Positions 48,600 to 58,937 of a DNA stretch of 64,000 nt are shown piece by piece. Position 1 is the stretch's first letter; every line of letters begins with the position of its first letter. This DNA is from an uncultured Actinomycetota bacterium (GTDB taxonomy: Bacteria; Actinomycetota; UBA4738; HRBIN12): assembly GCA_963711655.1 (NCBI GenBank), contig CAVQEW010000006.1, positions 599 through 64,598 of the forward strand, read 5' to 3'. A program made the position numbers and the translations under genes. Below the pieces are notes generated by a model. The model worked only from the letters and a program-made list of their open reading frames with translations, searched no databases and had not been told where the DNA came from.

Positions 48600-48956
48600 A
48601 TGCCGATCATCGAGATCACCTCCTTGCCTCCCGCCCAGGAGATCGACATCGGCTCCGCCCTCGCACGCGTCACGAGCACCGTGGCGACGCACCTCGGCGA
48701 GGAGCCGCGAGGCACGTGGGCCATCTGGCGGCGCGTGGAGCCCGAGGCCTATGCGGAGGGGGTGGAGGCGCCGGTCGCGCAGCCTCGCGCGACCCACCCT
48801 GCGATCGTGGACGTGTTCGCGGGCCGACGGGACGACGCCGCCGAGCTCCTGCGCGTCGTGGGCCGGGCCGTCGTCGATGCCTTCGGACTCGACGACGGCA
48901 ACGTGGTCGTACGCCTCACCGAGGCCGACCCCGATCGCGTGTACTGGGGCGACTGA
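48600..48956 (+). CDS. Hypothetical protein, possible tautomerase superfamily
   Basis: Starts M-P-I-I-E-I (Pro-1), about 118 aa with a duplicated beta-alpha-beta-like pattern. Confidence 0.55.
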   Translation: MPIIEITSLPPAQEIDIGSALARVTSTVATHLGEEPRGTWAIWRRVEPEAYAEGVEAPVAQPRATHPAIVDVFAGRRDDAAELLRVVGRAVVDAFGLDDGNVVVRLTEADPDRVYWGD

Positions 48957-49053
48957 GCGCTACACTTCGCAGGTGAGCTAGCGGGACCTCCTCGAGCACC
49001 AGCGGGCGGATCCACCGAGCCCGCGTCGTCCCACGTCCGTCCAGGAGGCACCG

Positions 49054-49107
49054 ATGCCCGTCCCGCCCACAACCCGACACCCTCGCTCCGAGGGAGCGCG
49101 TCCGTGA
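49054..49107 (+). CDS. Candidate 17-aa leader peptide MPVPPTTRHPRSEGARP
   Basis: AGGAGG RBS before ATG 49054; stop overlaps the ABC-F start as GTGA. Confidence 0.45.
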   Translation: MPVPPTTRHPRSEGARP

Positions 49108-50699
49108 ACGCCCTGGAGGTGCGCGGACTCTCCGTCGAGGCGGGCGGGCTCACCGTCGTCCACGGCCTGGACCTGGTCCTCACCAGCGGGGACAAGGTCG
49201 GGGTCGTGGGGCGCAACGGCGCCGGGAAGACCAGCACGCTCAAGGTCCTGGCCGGTGAGATGGCCGCGGCCGCGGGATCGGTGGAGCGGCGGGGAGCGCT
49301 CGGCTACCTCCGTCAGGACCCCCGTCAGCATCGAGGAGACGACGCGACGAGCAGCATCGAATACCTCCTCGCCGCCCGGGGCCTCGTCGAGCTGCAGCGA
49401 GGCGTGGAGAAGGCTCGGCTCCGCCTCGAGGAGCACGCGTCGGAGGACCGGGTCTCGCGGTTCACCCGACTCCAGGAGGAGTACGAGCGCCAGGGCGGCT
49501 ACCGAGCCGAATCCGATGCCCGCACGATCGTCGCCGGATTGGGGCTCTCCCAGGACCGCCTCGACCTGCCCGTGGGTGCGCTCTCGGGTGGCGAACGCCG
49601 CCGGCTGGAGCTGGCCCGGATCCTCTTCGGAGGTTCCGACCTCCTCCTGCTCGACGAACCGACGAACCACCTGGACGCGGACGCCAAGGGCTGGCTGATG
49701 CGGTTCCTCGCCGGCTACCGGGGAGCGCTCCTGGTCGTCAGCCACGACATCGCGCTGCTCGACGCCTCGATCACCCGGATCCTCCATCTGGACCGAGACG
49801 GGGTCGTCGAGTACCGGGGCACCTACACCCAGTACCGGGAGGCGAGGGTTCGCGACGAGCAACGTCTCACGGCCATCGCCTCCCGGCAGGAGACCGAGAT
49901 CAAGCGGCTGAAGACATTGGCCGACTCGATGCGCGGGCAGACGGCGAAGCGAGCTCGCAAGGCGAAGACGCTCGACACGCGGGTGGCACGACTGCAGGCG
50001 CGGAAGGTCGCGGCCCCCACCCGTGAGCGCGGCGTCCGGTTCCGGTTCCCCGAGCCCCCGCATTCCGGCCGCACGATGCTCTCGGTCGACGGTCTCACGA
50101 AGGGGTACGGCGGCCCCGCCGTCTTCGAAGACGTCTCGTTCGAGGTGGAGCGAGGGGAGCGGCTCCTCGTGATGGGCCTCAACGGCGCCGGCAAGACGAG
50201 CCTCCTCCGGATCCTCGCGGGCGAGACGCGCTCGGACGCCGGGACGTTCCGCCTGGGACACGGGGTGCAGCTCGGGTACTACGCGCAGGAGCACGAGGGG
50301 ATCCATGACGGGATGACGGTGCTCACGCACATGCACCAGGCGTCGCCCGCGGACGACCAGTCGCTCCGGACGCTCCTGGGGATGTTCGGCCTGCCGGGGG
50401 AGCGGGCGTTCCAGGACGCCGGGACGCTCTCGGGCGGGGAGAAGACGAAGCTCGCGCTCGCCCAGCTCGTGGCGGGAAGGAAGAACCTCCTGCTCCTGGA
50501 CGAGCCGACCAACAACCTCGACCCGCCGTCCCGGGCGGCGATCGCGCTGGCGCTCCGCGACTGGCCGGGGGCGATGGTGATCGTGAGCCACGACACGGAG
50601 TTCGTCGAAGCGCTTGCCCCGGAACGTGTCCTGTTGATGCCGGATGGGAGCCTCGACTACTGGAGCGAGGATCTCCTCGATCTCGTCGCGCTCGCCTGA
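49104..50699 (+). CDS. ABC-F family ribosome-associated ATPase
   Basis: Two ABC cassettes (GRNGAGKTS, LSGGERRR, LDEPTNHLD; GLNGAGKTS, LSGGEKTK, LDEPTNNLD), no TM segments. Confidence 0.93.
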   Translation: MNALEVRGLSVEAGGLTVVHGLDLVLTSGDKVGVVGRNGAGKTSTLKVLAGEMAAAAGSVERRGALGYLRQDPRQHRGDDATSSIEYLLAARGLVELQRGVEKARLRLEEHASEDRVSRFTRLQEEYERQGGYRAESDARTIVAGLGLSQDRLDLPVGALSGGERRRLELARILFGGSDLLLLDEPTNHLDADAKGWLMRFLAGYRGALLVVSHDIALLDASITRILHLDRDGVVEYRGTYTQYREARVRDEQRLTAIASRQETEIKRLKTLADSMRGQTAKRARKAKTLDTRVARLQARKVAAPTRERGVRFRFPEPPHSGRTMLSVDGLTKGYGGPAVFEDVSFEVERGERLLVMGLNGAGKTSLLRILAGETRSDAGTFRLGHGVQLGYYAQEHEGIHDGMTVLTHMHQASPADDQSLRTLLGMFGLPGERAFQDAGTLSGGEKTKLALAQLVAGRKNLLLLDEPTNNLDPPSRAAIALALRDWPGAMVIVSHDTEFVEALAPERVLLMPDGSLDYWSEDLLDLVALA

Positions 50700-50714
50700 C
50701 GCTATGCTCCGCCG

Positions 50715-52381
50715 ATGACCTCCGCCGACATCGCGTTCGTGAACGGCGCCGTCTACACGGTGGATGCCGCCAGGACGCGAGCGAGCGCCGTGGCCGTCCG
50801 GGACGGTCGGATCGCGGCCGTCGGCACGGACGACGAGATCCGCGACCAGATCGGCTCGCGGACGGAGACGTTCGACCTCCACGGCCGCATGCTCCTGCCG
50901 GGGTTCCAGGACGCGCACGTCCACCCGGTGAGCAGCGGACTCGATCGGTTGCAGTGCGACCTCCACGACCTCCACACCGCGCGACGAGTACGTGCAGGCC
51001 GTGCGGTCCTACGCGGAGGCGCACCCGGACCGCGAGTGGATCCTCGGGAGCGGTTGGTCGATGGACGTGTTCCCGGGCGGAACCCCGACGAAGGACCTCC
51101 TCGATGCCGTCGTGCCCGACCGCATCGTGTTCCTGCCGAATCGGGACGGCCACAGCACGTGGGTCAACAGCCGCGCCCTCGAGGTCGCCGGCGTCACGTC
51201 GGCAACACCCGATCCGGCCGACGGCCGGATCGAGCGCGACGCGATGGGCGAGCCCAGCGGCACCCTCCACGAGGGTGCCGCGGACCTCGTGGGTCGCTCG
51301 GCGCCCGCATCGACCCCGGACGAGTGGTACGCGGGCCTGCTGGAGGGCCAGCGCTACCTGCATTCCCTCGGGATCACCGCGTGGCAGGACGCGATCGTGT
51401 CCACGGACGTGTGGATGGACAACTACTCCGCCTACCTCCGAGCGGGAGACAGCGGCGATCTCACCGCCCGCGTGGTCGGGGCCCTGTGGTGGGACCGGGA
51501 CCGCGGCGAGGAGCAGATCGACGACCTGCTCGCGACTCCGGGAGCGCGGCCGGGTCGGACGCTTCGCCGCGACGAGCGTGAAGATCATGCAGGACGGGGT
51601 GTGCGAGACGTTCACCGCCGCCGTCCTCGAGCCCTACCTCGATGCCGACGGGAACCCCACGGACCAGCGCGGGATCTCCTTCGTGGAACCGGAGGCGCTG
51701 AAGGGGTACGTGACCACCCTCGACGGGCTGGGGTTCCAGGTCCATTTCCACGCGCTCGCCGAACGCGCGGTGCGCGAATCGCTCGACGCGATCGAGGCGG
51801 CCCTCCAGGCGAACGGGCCGAACGACCATCGGCACCACCTGGCCCACCTCCAGGTCGTCCACCCCGACGACATCCCGCGGTTCCGCCGGCTCCGCGCCGT
51901 CGCGAACGCGCAGCCGCTCTGGGCGGCGCACGAGGGGCAGATGGACGACCTGACGATCCCGTTCCTCGGGGAGCCGCGCTGGCGCTGGCAGTACCCGTTC
52001 GGCTCGCTGGTTCGCTCCGGCGCCGGTCTCGCGATGGGGAGCGACTGGTCGGTCTCGAGCCCCGATCCCCTCGAGGAGATCCACGTGGCCGTGAATCGCG
52101 TGATGGCACCCTCCTACCTCTACGGGAACGGCAACGCCGAGGTCTTCCTCCCGGAGGAGCGGCTCGACCTCGCGACGGCGATCGCCGCGTTCACGATGGG
52201 CTCGGCCTACGTGAACCATCTGGACGACGTCACCGGCTCGATCGAGGTGGGGAAGTACGCGGACCTCGCCGTCGTGGACCGCGACCTCTTCGCCCATCCG
52301 GTCGAGGAGATCGCGAACGCCCAGGTCGACGCCACGTTCGTCGAAGGCGTCCCCGTCTTCGAGCGCAACGGCGCGAGCTGA
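50715..52381 (+). CDS. Amidohydrolase 3 (YtcJ-like), frameshifted
   Basis: NGAVYTVD, LPGFQDAHVH, DGHSTWVNSRAL, VKIMQDG, HFHAL, GSDWSVS, GSIEVGKYADL. Confidence 0.88.
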
Positions 52382-52517
52382 CTTCGGGTCATCCGGCGTG
52401 GTTGCCTGGCACTGACCGCGCTCGCACGATACCCAGGCATCCCGCGCGGAGACGGGATGCCGCAGACGTCACCGCCGGCGCCAGCCGGGCGGCCACTTCC
52501 GAGAGGAGTCACCCACG

Positions 52518-53677
52518 ATGACCGAGCCCTTCGACATGAGCCTCGTCCAGCGCGGAGCCCGGAACCGCCGGACCCCGTACTACGAGGCGACCCAGCGGTA
52601 CGGCCCGAAGGGCTTCACGGTCTACAACCACATGTACTTCCCGATCCGCTTCGACTCGTTCGAGGCGGAGTTCGACGCGCTGTTGCACGGGGTCACGCTG
52701 TGGGACGTCTCGGTCGAGCGCTGTCTCGAGATCTCCGGGCCGGACGGCTTCCGGTTCGCGCAGCTCCTCACGCCGCGCGACCTCTCGAAGTGCGCGGTCG
52801 GCCAGGGGAAGTACGTGCTGATCTGTGACAGCGACGGCGGGATCGTGAACGACCCCGTCCTGACCCGCATGGACGAGCAACACGTTCTGGTTCGCGCTCG
52901 CCTCCTCGGACGCGTTGCTGTTCGCGCGGGGCCTGAAGAACGCGTACCCGGACCTCGACGTGACGATCCGCGAGGCCGACGTCGCACCGCTCCAGGTCCA
53001 GGGCCCGAAGTCGAAGGACCTGATGGCGAAGCTCCTCGGTCCCGGAGATCCTCGACCTCAAGTACTACTTCTGGACGGAGGCCAAGATCGCCGGCGCGCC
53101 GGTCGTGGTCACCCGCACCGGGTGGACGTCGGAGATCGGCTACGAGGTGTATCTCACCGACACGACCAAGGGCACGGAGGTGTTCGAGGCGATCATGGAG
53201 GCGGGCCAGGAGTTCGGCATCGTCCCCACCGGTCCGAGCGACATCCGCCGGATCGAGGGCGCGATCTTCAACTGGGGCGCCGACATGACGTACGAGAACA
53301 ACCCGATCGAGCTGGGACTGGATCGGCTCGTCGCGTGGGACCTGGCCGACGAGGCGTCGATCTCCCTCGCGGCGCTCCGCAGGATCCGCGAGACGGGGGT
53401 CAGCCGACGGATCAACGGCGTGGAGTTCGACGGCGACCCGTTCCCCGAGTTGAACAACGTGAAATGGCCGGCCCTCGACGCGGGCGAGGAGGTCGGGAAG
53501 GTGACCTCGGCGATCTACTCGCCGCGTCTCGGGAAGAACATCGGCTACTGCTGGCTCCCGACCGACCGATCCTCCGAGGGCTCCTCCGTGACGGTCGAGA
53601 CCGAGTGGGGGACCAGGACCGCGACCGTCGTGCCGATGCCGTTCGTCGATCCGGACAAGTCGATCCCGGTGGCCTAG
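52518..53677 (+). CDS. GcvT-family THF-dependent demethylase, DmdA-like (copy 1, frameshifted)
   Basis: RRTPYY, FTVYNHM, LWDVSVER, GGIVNDPV, LQVQGP, TRTGWTSEIGYE, RRIEG, SPRLGKNIG. Confidence 0.85.
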
Positions 53678-53693
53678 CCCTTCCAAGCCTCCA

Positions 53694-53793
53694 TTTCCTA
53701 ACGGCTCTTTCCTAACGGCCGTTCAGGTACATCGCTCCTGTTCAGGGCGTTCTGCGGGAGTTGCAGACGAGCATGAGTTGAACGATGATTCAA
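53694..53793. promoter_or_regulatory. Operator-like repeats upstream of the second demethylase
   Basis: TTTCCTAACGGC at 53694 and 53708; palindrome AACGGCCGTT 53714-53723; TTGAA-N6-TTCAA 53778-53793. Confidence 0.5.
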
Positions 53794-53824
53794 TGCGCCC
53801 GTCAGAGCGATCGAGGAGGAGATC

Positions 53825-55006
53825 ATGGTCAACGAACGACCGGAGATGCTCGCGAAGAGCGCCACGTTGTACTTCGGACCCTGGTATCAGCAGTCGCCGT
53901 TCTTCAAGTCGACGCTCCGCGCCGGGTGCACGGCCTATGACATCTACAACCACATGTACCTGCCCGGTTACTTCGACGATCCGGAGGTCGAGTACCACCT
54001 CCTGGCCTCCGGCGTGACCATGTGGGACGTCGGGGTCGAACGCACGGTCCAGGTCGCGGGGCCGGACGCCGACCGGCTGATCGACATGATCACCTGCCGC
54101 GATCTCACCACCTGTGCCGTGAAACAGGGCAAGTACATGATCGTGACCTCCCCGGACGGCGGCATCGTGAACGATCCGGTCCTGCTGCACGTGGCGGAGA
54201 ACACGTGGTGGATGCAGCTGGCGGACTCCGACGCGGGGCTCTACGCGATGGGCGTCGCGGCCTCGTCCGGGCTCGACGTCGAGGTCTCGTTCCCGGACGT
54301 CCACCCGATGCAGGTGCAGGGTCCCCTCTCGGCGAAGACGCTCGAGAAGCTCGTCGGCCCCGGCGATCTACGACATCAAGTACTACTGGGTGGACGAGTT
54401 CGAGATCCAGGGCATCCCGGTCCTGATCAGCAGGACGGGATGGACCGCGATCCCCGGTTTCGAGGTGAACCTCCTGGACGGGACGATGGGCGATCAACTC
54501 TGGAGCGCGATCGCCGAGCCGGGGAGGAGTTCGGCATCAAGCCGATCGCCCCGTGCGAGGCACGCCGGATCGAAGCCGGCATCTTCAACTACGGGTCCGA
54601 CATGCGGATCGACGACACCCCGCTGCACGTGATGGGGCTCGAGCGGCTCGTGGAGGACCAGCCGCAGGACTACATCGGGAAGGAAGCCCTGGAACGCATC
54701 AAGCGGGAAGGCGTCGATCGCAAGCTCGTCGGCATCGAGCTCGAGGGCGACGAGCTTCGAGCGGAGATGTCGGAGTACTGGCCGGTCCACCACGACGGCC
54801 GAGAGGTCGGACGGATGACGGACGCGGTGTGGTCGCCCGGGCTCGCCAAGAACATCGGGTACGTCTGGGTGCCGTTCGAGCTCTCGCAGCCGGGAACCGC
54901 ACTCGACGTCGAGACCGAGGACGGGGATCACCTGATCGGGCGCACCGCGGCGATCCCGTTCGTCGACCCGCGCAAGGAGCGGCCCGCAGGCTCGCTGCTG
55001 GAGTAA
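53825..55006 (+). CDS. GcvT-family THF-dependent demethylase, DmdA-like (copy 2, frameshifted)
   Basis: YDIYNHMYLP, MWDVGVER, GGIVNDPV, LADSD, MQVQGP, SRTGW, RRIEAG, WSPGLAKNIG; GAGGAG RBS. Confidence 0.85.
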   Translation: MVNERPEMLAKSATLYFGPWYQQSPFFKSTLRAGCTAYDIYNHMYLPGYFDDPEVEYHLLASGVTMWDVGVERTVQVAGPDADRLIDMITCRDLTTCAVKQGKYMIVTSPDGGIVNDPVLLHVAENTWWMQLADSDAGLYAMGVAASSGLDVEVSFPDVHPMQVQGPLSAKTLEKLVGPGDLRHQVLLGGRVRDPGHPGPDQQDGMDRDPRFRGEPPGRDDGRSTLERDRRAGEEFGIKPIAPCEARRIEAGIFNYGSDMRIDDTPLHVMGLERLVEDQPQDYIGKEALERIKREGVDRKLVGIELEGDELRAEMSEYWPVHHDGREVGRMTDAVWSPGLAKNIGYVWVPFELSQPGTALDVETEDGDHLIGRTAAIPFVDPRKERPAGSLLE

Positions 55007-55087
55007 CCTCGGAAGCGACCACCCCTCGGCCCGCCAGGGCCGAGGGAAACTCCGAACCCTCGTCTCACCGGGAGCGAACCCCTCGCG

Positions 55088-56217
55088 TGAAGCCTGCGAT
55101 CTCATCCAGACGCTTCTCTCCGATGATCGCGTGCATGGCGCTCCTGTTCGCCGCGTGTACCGCGACGGCCCAGATCGCGGGTCCCACGCCCACGTCCACT
55201 CCCGCCTCGCCGGTCCCGCCGCTGGACCTCGGCAGGGAACCGTTCGCCGCGGTCGCGACGAGGGTGCTCCCATCCGTGGTGAACGTGACGACGAACGTGT
55301 ACCAGGCATCCCCCTCGGGCGTGCCCGAACAGGGTGAAGGGATCGGGACCGGCTTCATCGTCCGGTCGAACGGCGTCGTCGTCACGAATTGCCACGTGGT
55401 CCAGGGTGCCTCTCGCATCTCGGTGTTCACCTCGGAGGACGAGCCGACCCGCTACGACGCTCGGGTGATCGGAGGCGACTGCGAGCACGACCTCGCCGTC
55501 CTCAAGGTCGACGCCGAGGACCTCCCGACGATCGCGTTCGGCTCCAGCACCGACCTGCGACTCGGACAACAGGTCGTCGCGATCGGCTACGCCCTCGCGC
55601 TCGAGGGCGGGCCCTCGGTCACGGCAGGCATCGTCTCCTCGCTCGATCGAACGATCCGGGTCCAGGACCCGCAGTGCACGGTGTGCTCGAACGGCGTTCG
55701 CACCTACAGCGAGGTGATCCAGACCGACGCGGCGATCAACCACGGGAACTCCGGCGGTCCTCTGGTCGACATGGCCGGCCGCGTCGTGGGGATCAACTCG
55801 GCCGGGAGCGACGAGGCCGAGAACATCGGCTTCGCGATCGCGATCGACTCGGTGATGCCGGCGATCGACCGGGCGATCTCCGAACCGCTGCGGGCGACCG
55901 CCTACCTCGGCATCTCGACGAGGGACGTCACGGCCGACCTCGCGTTCCAGCTCGACCTGAAGGTCGACAGCGGGGCCCTCGTCCTCGCCACGCTCGCGAA
56001 CGGGCCCGCGGCCGACGCCGGGATCGACGAAGGGGACGTGATCGTCGAGGTGGACGGGAACGCGATCGATGCGGCCGAGGACCTCGGGCGCGTGCTCGAT
56101 GCCCTGACGCCCGGCGACGTGGTCGAGGTGCGCGTGGTCGGCTCGAACGGCCAGGAACGCGGCGTCCGCGTCACCCTCGGGACGAAGCCGTTGCCGACCG
56201 AGTTCCTCGAGCCCTAG
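55088..56217 (+). CDS. HtrA/DegP-family serine protease with PDZ domain (possible lipoprotein; start approximate)
   Basis: [37 protein letters not shown]-terminal PDZ; LFAAC lipobox-like. Confidence 0.9.
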
Positions 56218-56274
56218 TTCCTCACGACCCTCCTGCACCGGAGGAGCGCGAGCCGTCTGCGCTAGCCTTCCCGG

Positions 56275-57060
56275 ATGCACCCCCCCTTCGAAGCGGGCGA
56301 GAAGGTCCTCCTGATCGATCAGCGGGACCGCACGCATCTGTTCTCGCTGCGTGCGGGTGCCACGTACCACACCCACGCCGGGACGCTCGCGCACGACGAC
56401 CTGATCGGTCGACCCGAGGGATCGCGCGTCACCACCGCGCGCGGGATGGTGTTCGTGGCGTTCCGTCCGCGCTTCGCCGACTTCGTGCTGAAGATGCCGA
56501 GGGGCGCGCAGGTCGTCTATCCGAAGGACCTCGGACCGATCGTGGTGTACGCGGACGTCTATCCGGGCGCGCGGGTGCTCGAAGCCGGCACCGGCTCGGG
56601 GGCGCTCACGATCGCGCTCTGCCGAGCGGTGGGGGAGCAGGGGCGCGTCGTCTCCTACGAGCTCCGTGCGGAGCACGGGGCCCAGGCCCGAGCGAACGTC
56701 GAGAGCTTCTTCGGGAAGATCCCGGATCAACTGGAGCTGCGGGAGGGCGACGTCACCGAGGTGGCCACCCGCGAGGAGCGGTTCGATCGCGTCGTCCTGG
56801 ATCTCCCGGAACCGTGGGGGCCGCTGGAGGCCCTGCACACGGCGCTCGAGCCGGGCGCCGTCCTGTGTGCCTACGTCCCCACCACGATCCAGATCCAGCA
56901 ACTCGTCCTGGCGCTTCCCGCTGCCGGCTTCCTCCACATCGAGACGTTCGAGGTGCTCAAGCGCGGGTGGCACGTGACGGACCGGAGCGTCCGTCCCGAC
57001 CATCGGATGGTGGGGCACACCGGGTTCCTGACACTGGCTCGTGTCGGGCCGGGGGACTAG
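56275..57060 (+). CDS. trmI: tRNA (adenine-58-N1)-methyltransferase
   Basis: [45 protein letters not shown]; canonical position before arc. Confidence 0.94.
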   Translation: MHPPFEAGEKVLLIDQRDRTHLFSLRAGATYHTHAGTLAHDDLIGRPEGSRVTTARGMVFVAFRPRFADFVLKMPRGAQVVYPKDLGPIVVYADVYPGARVLEAGTGSGALTIALCRAVGEQGRVVSYELRAEHGAQARANVESFFGKIPDQLELREGDVTEVATREERFDRVVLDLPEPWGPLEALHTALEPGAVLCAYVPTTIQIQQLVLALPAAGFLHIETFEVLKRGWHVTDRSVRPDHRMVGHTGFLTLARVGPGD

Positions 57061-57185
57061 CATCAGAGAAGTACCTATTTCCAGGCATCGGAGGGCGCGG
57101 GCTTCCTGCCGTATCTACGAGGAGAGTTCTCTGGAGGCGAGCTGATACCGGGAGTAGCATCGGGAGCAGGGCGGAGGTGGATGGG

Positions 57186-58928
57186 ATGGCCGACAGCCGC
57201 GAGCAGGCTGAGCAGCGCGAGAAGCAGATCCACGAGCTGCAGACGCAGATCTCCTTCCTGGAGGAGGAGGTCGGCCTCCTTCGGCGCCGCCTGACCAACG
57301 CTCCCCGGCAGGTGCAGCTGCTCGAGGAGAAGCTCATCGAGACACGCGAGTCCCTCGCGCGGGCAACCGGCCAGAACCAGAAGCTCGCCGACGCCCTCCG
57401 CGACGAGAAGCAGCGGATCGAGGCGCTCGCCGAGGAGGTCGAGAAGCTCTCCCAGCCCCCCGCCACGTTCGGCGTGTACGTGGGCAGCAACGAGGACGGA
57501 TCCGTCGATGTCGTGACCGCCGGCCGGAAGATGCGCGTGATGCCCGCGCCCGACCTGGACGACGACAAGCTGGTTTCCGGCGCACAGGTGATCCTGAACG
57601 ACGCCCTCAACGTCGTGGAGGTGCTCGACCCCGACGGGACCGGGCAGGTGGTCAAGGTCAAGGACCGGCTCGGAACCGATCGCGCCGTCGTCGTCAGCCG
57701 GGGCGACGAGGAGCACGTGGCCTACCTCGCGGGCTCCCTCTTCGGCACGGTCGTGCGAGCGGGCGACCCCGTCCTGTTCGACGCGCGCTCCGGCGTCGCG
57801 ACGGAGCTCCTCCCTCGGGAAGAGGTCGAGGAGCTCGTCCTCGAGGAGATCCCCGACATCACGTACGAGGACATCGGCGGTCTGGAGGGGCAGATCGAGG
57901 CGATCCGCGACGCGGTCGAGCTGCCGTTCCTCTACGCGGAGCTCTTCCAGGAGCACCAGCTGGAGGCTCCGAAGGGCGTGCTCCTGTACGGACCACCGGG
58001 ATGCGGGAAGACGCTGATCGCGAAGGCCGTCGCCAAGTCCCTGGCGGACAAGGTGCGGGAGCGGACCGGGCGGGAGGACGCCCGCAGCTACTTCTTGAAC
58101 GTGAAGGGCCCGGAGCTGCTCAACAAGTACGTCGGCGAGACCGAGCGACAGATCCGCGAGATCTTCCAGCGCGCCAAGGAGCGCAGCGAGGAAGGCCTCC
58201 CGGTCATCGTGTTCTTCGACGAGATGGATTCGATCTTCCGCACGCGCGGCACCGGCATCAGCTCCGACGTCGAGTCGACGATCGTGCCGCAGCTCCTGTC
58301 GGAGCTCGACGGCGTCGAGACCCTCAAGAACGTGATCGTGATCGGCGCGTCCAACCGTGAGGACCTGATCGACCCCGCGATCCTGCGGCCGGGCCGCCTC
58401 GACGTGAAGATCAAGATCGAGCGTCCGACCGCCGACCAGGCCAAGGACGTCATGTCGAAGTACCTGCACCCGGTGGTGCCGATCCACCCCGACGAGGTGG
58501 ACCGGCACGGCGGCGACGTGCTGGTGGCGGTCGCCCGGATGATCGAGCGCACGGTCGAGCAGATGTACGAGCCGTCGGAGCGGAACCGGTTCCTCGAGGT
58601 CACGTACGCGTCCGGAGACAAGGAGATCCTCTACTTCAAGGACTTCAACTCGGGCGCGATGATCGAGAACATCGTCCGGCGGGCCAAGAAGGACGCCATC
58701 AAGCGATTCCTGTCCAAGGGCGAGAAGGGCATCAAGACCGAGGACCTCCTCACGGCCATCCGGGACGAGTTCAAGGAGAACGAGGACCTGCCGAACACCA
58801 CCAACCCGGACGACTGGGCGAGGATCTCGGGCAAGAAGGGCGAGCGCATCGTCTACGTCCGCACCTTGCTCGGCGACGAGGGTGACGGCCGCCAGGTCGA
58901 ACGGGTGAGCCCCGGGCAATATCTGTAG
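57186..58928 (+). CDS. arc: Proteasome-associated AAA ATPase ARC/Mpa
   Basis: N-terminal coiled coil, [43 protein letters not shown]-terminal GQYL. Confidence 0.97.
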   Translation: MADSREQAEQREKQIHELQTQISFLEEEVGLLRRRLTNAPRQVQLLEEKLIETRESLARATGQNQKLADALRDEKQRIEALAEEVEKLSQPPATFGVYVGSNEDGSVDVVTAGRKMRVMPAPDLDDDKLVSGAQVILNDALNVVEVLDPDGTGQVVKVKDRLGTDRAVVVSRGDEEHVAYLAGSLFGTVVRAGDPVLFDARSGVATELLPREEVEELVLEEIPDITYEDIGGLEGQIEAIRDAVELPFLYAELFQEHQLEAPKGVLLYGPPGCGKTLIAKAVAKSLADKVRERTGREDARSYFLNVKGPELLNKYVGETERQIREIFQRAKERSEEGLPVIVFFDEMDSIFRTRGTGISSDVESTIVPQLLSELDGVETLKNVIVIGASNREDLIDPAILRPGRLDVKIKIERPTADQAKDVMSKYLHPVVPIHPDEVDRHGGDVLVAVARMIERTVEQMYEPSERNRFLEVTYASGDKEILYFKDFNSGAMIENIVRRAKKDAIKRFLSKGEKGIKTEDLLTAIRDEFKENEDLPNTTNPDDWARISGKKGERIVYVRTLLGDEGDGRQVERVSPGQYL

Positions 58929-58937
58929 GGTCGCCGC

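Noticed and set aside
52382-52517. Glycine, THF or ZTP riboswitch before the first GcvT-like gene
   Set aside because: Only a promoter-like TTGCCT-N17-CACGAT and a simple hairpin (GGCATCCCG/CGGGATGCC); no aptamer consensus recognised.
40040-56200. Genomic island integrated at tRNA-Leu
   Set aside because: No integrase, no duplicated tRNA 3' end seen, and no obvious compositional shift.
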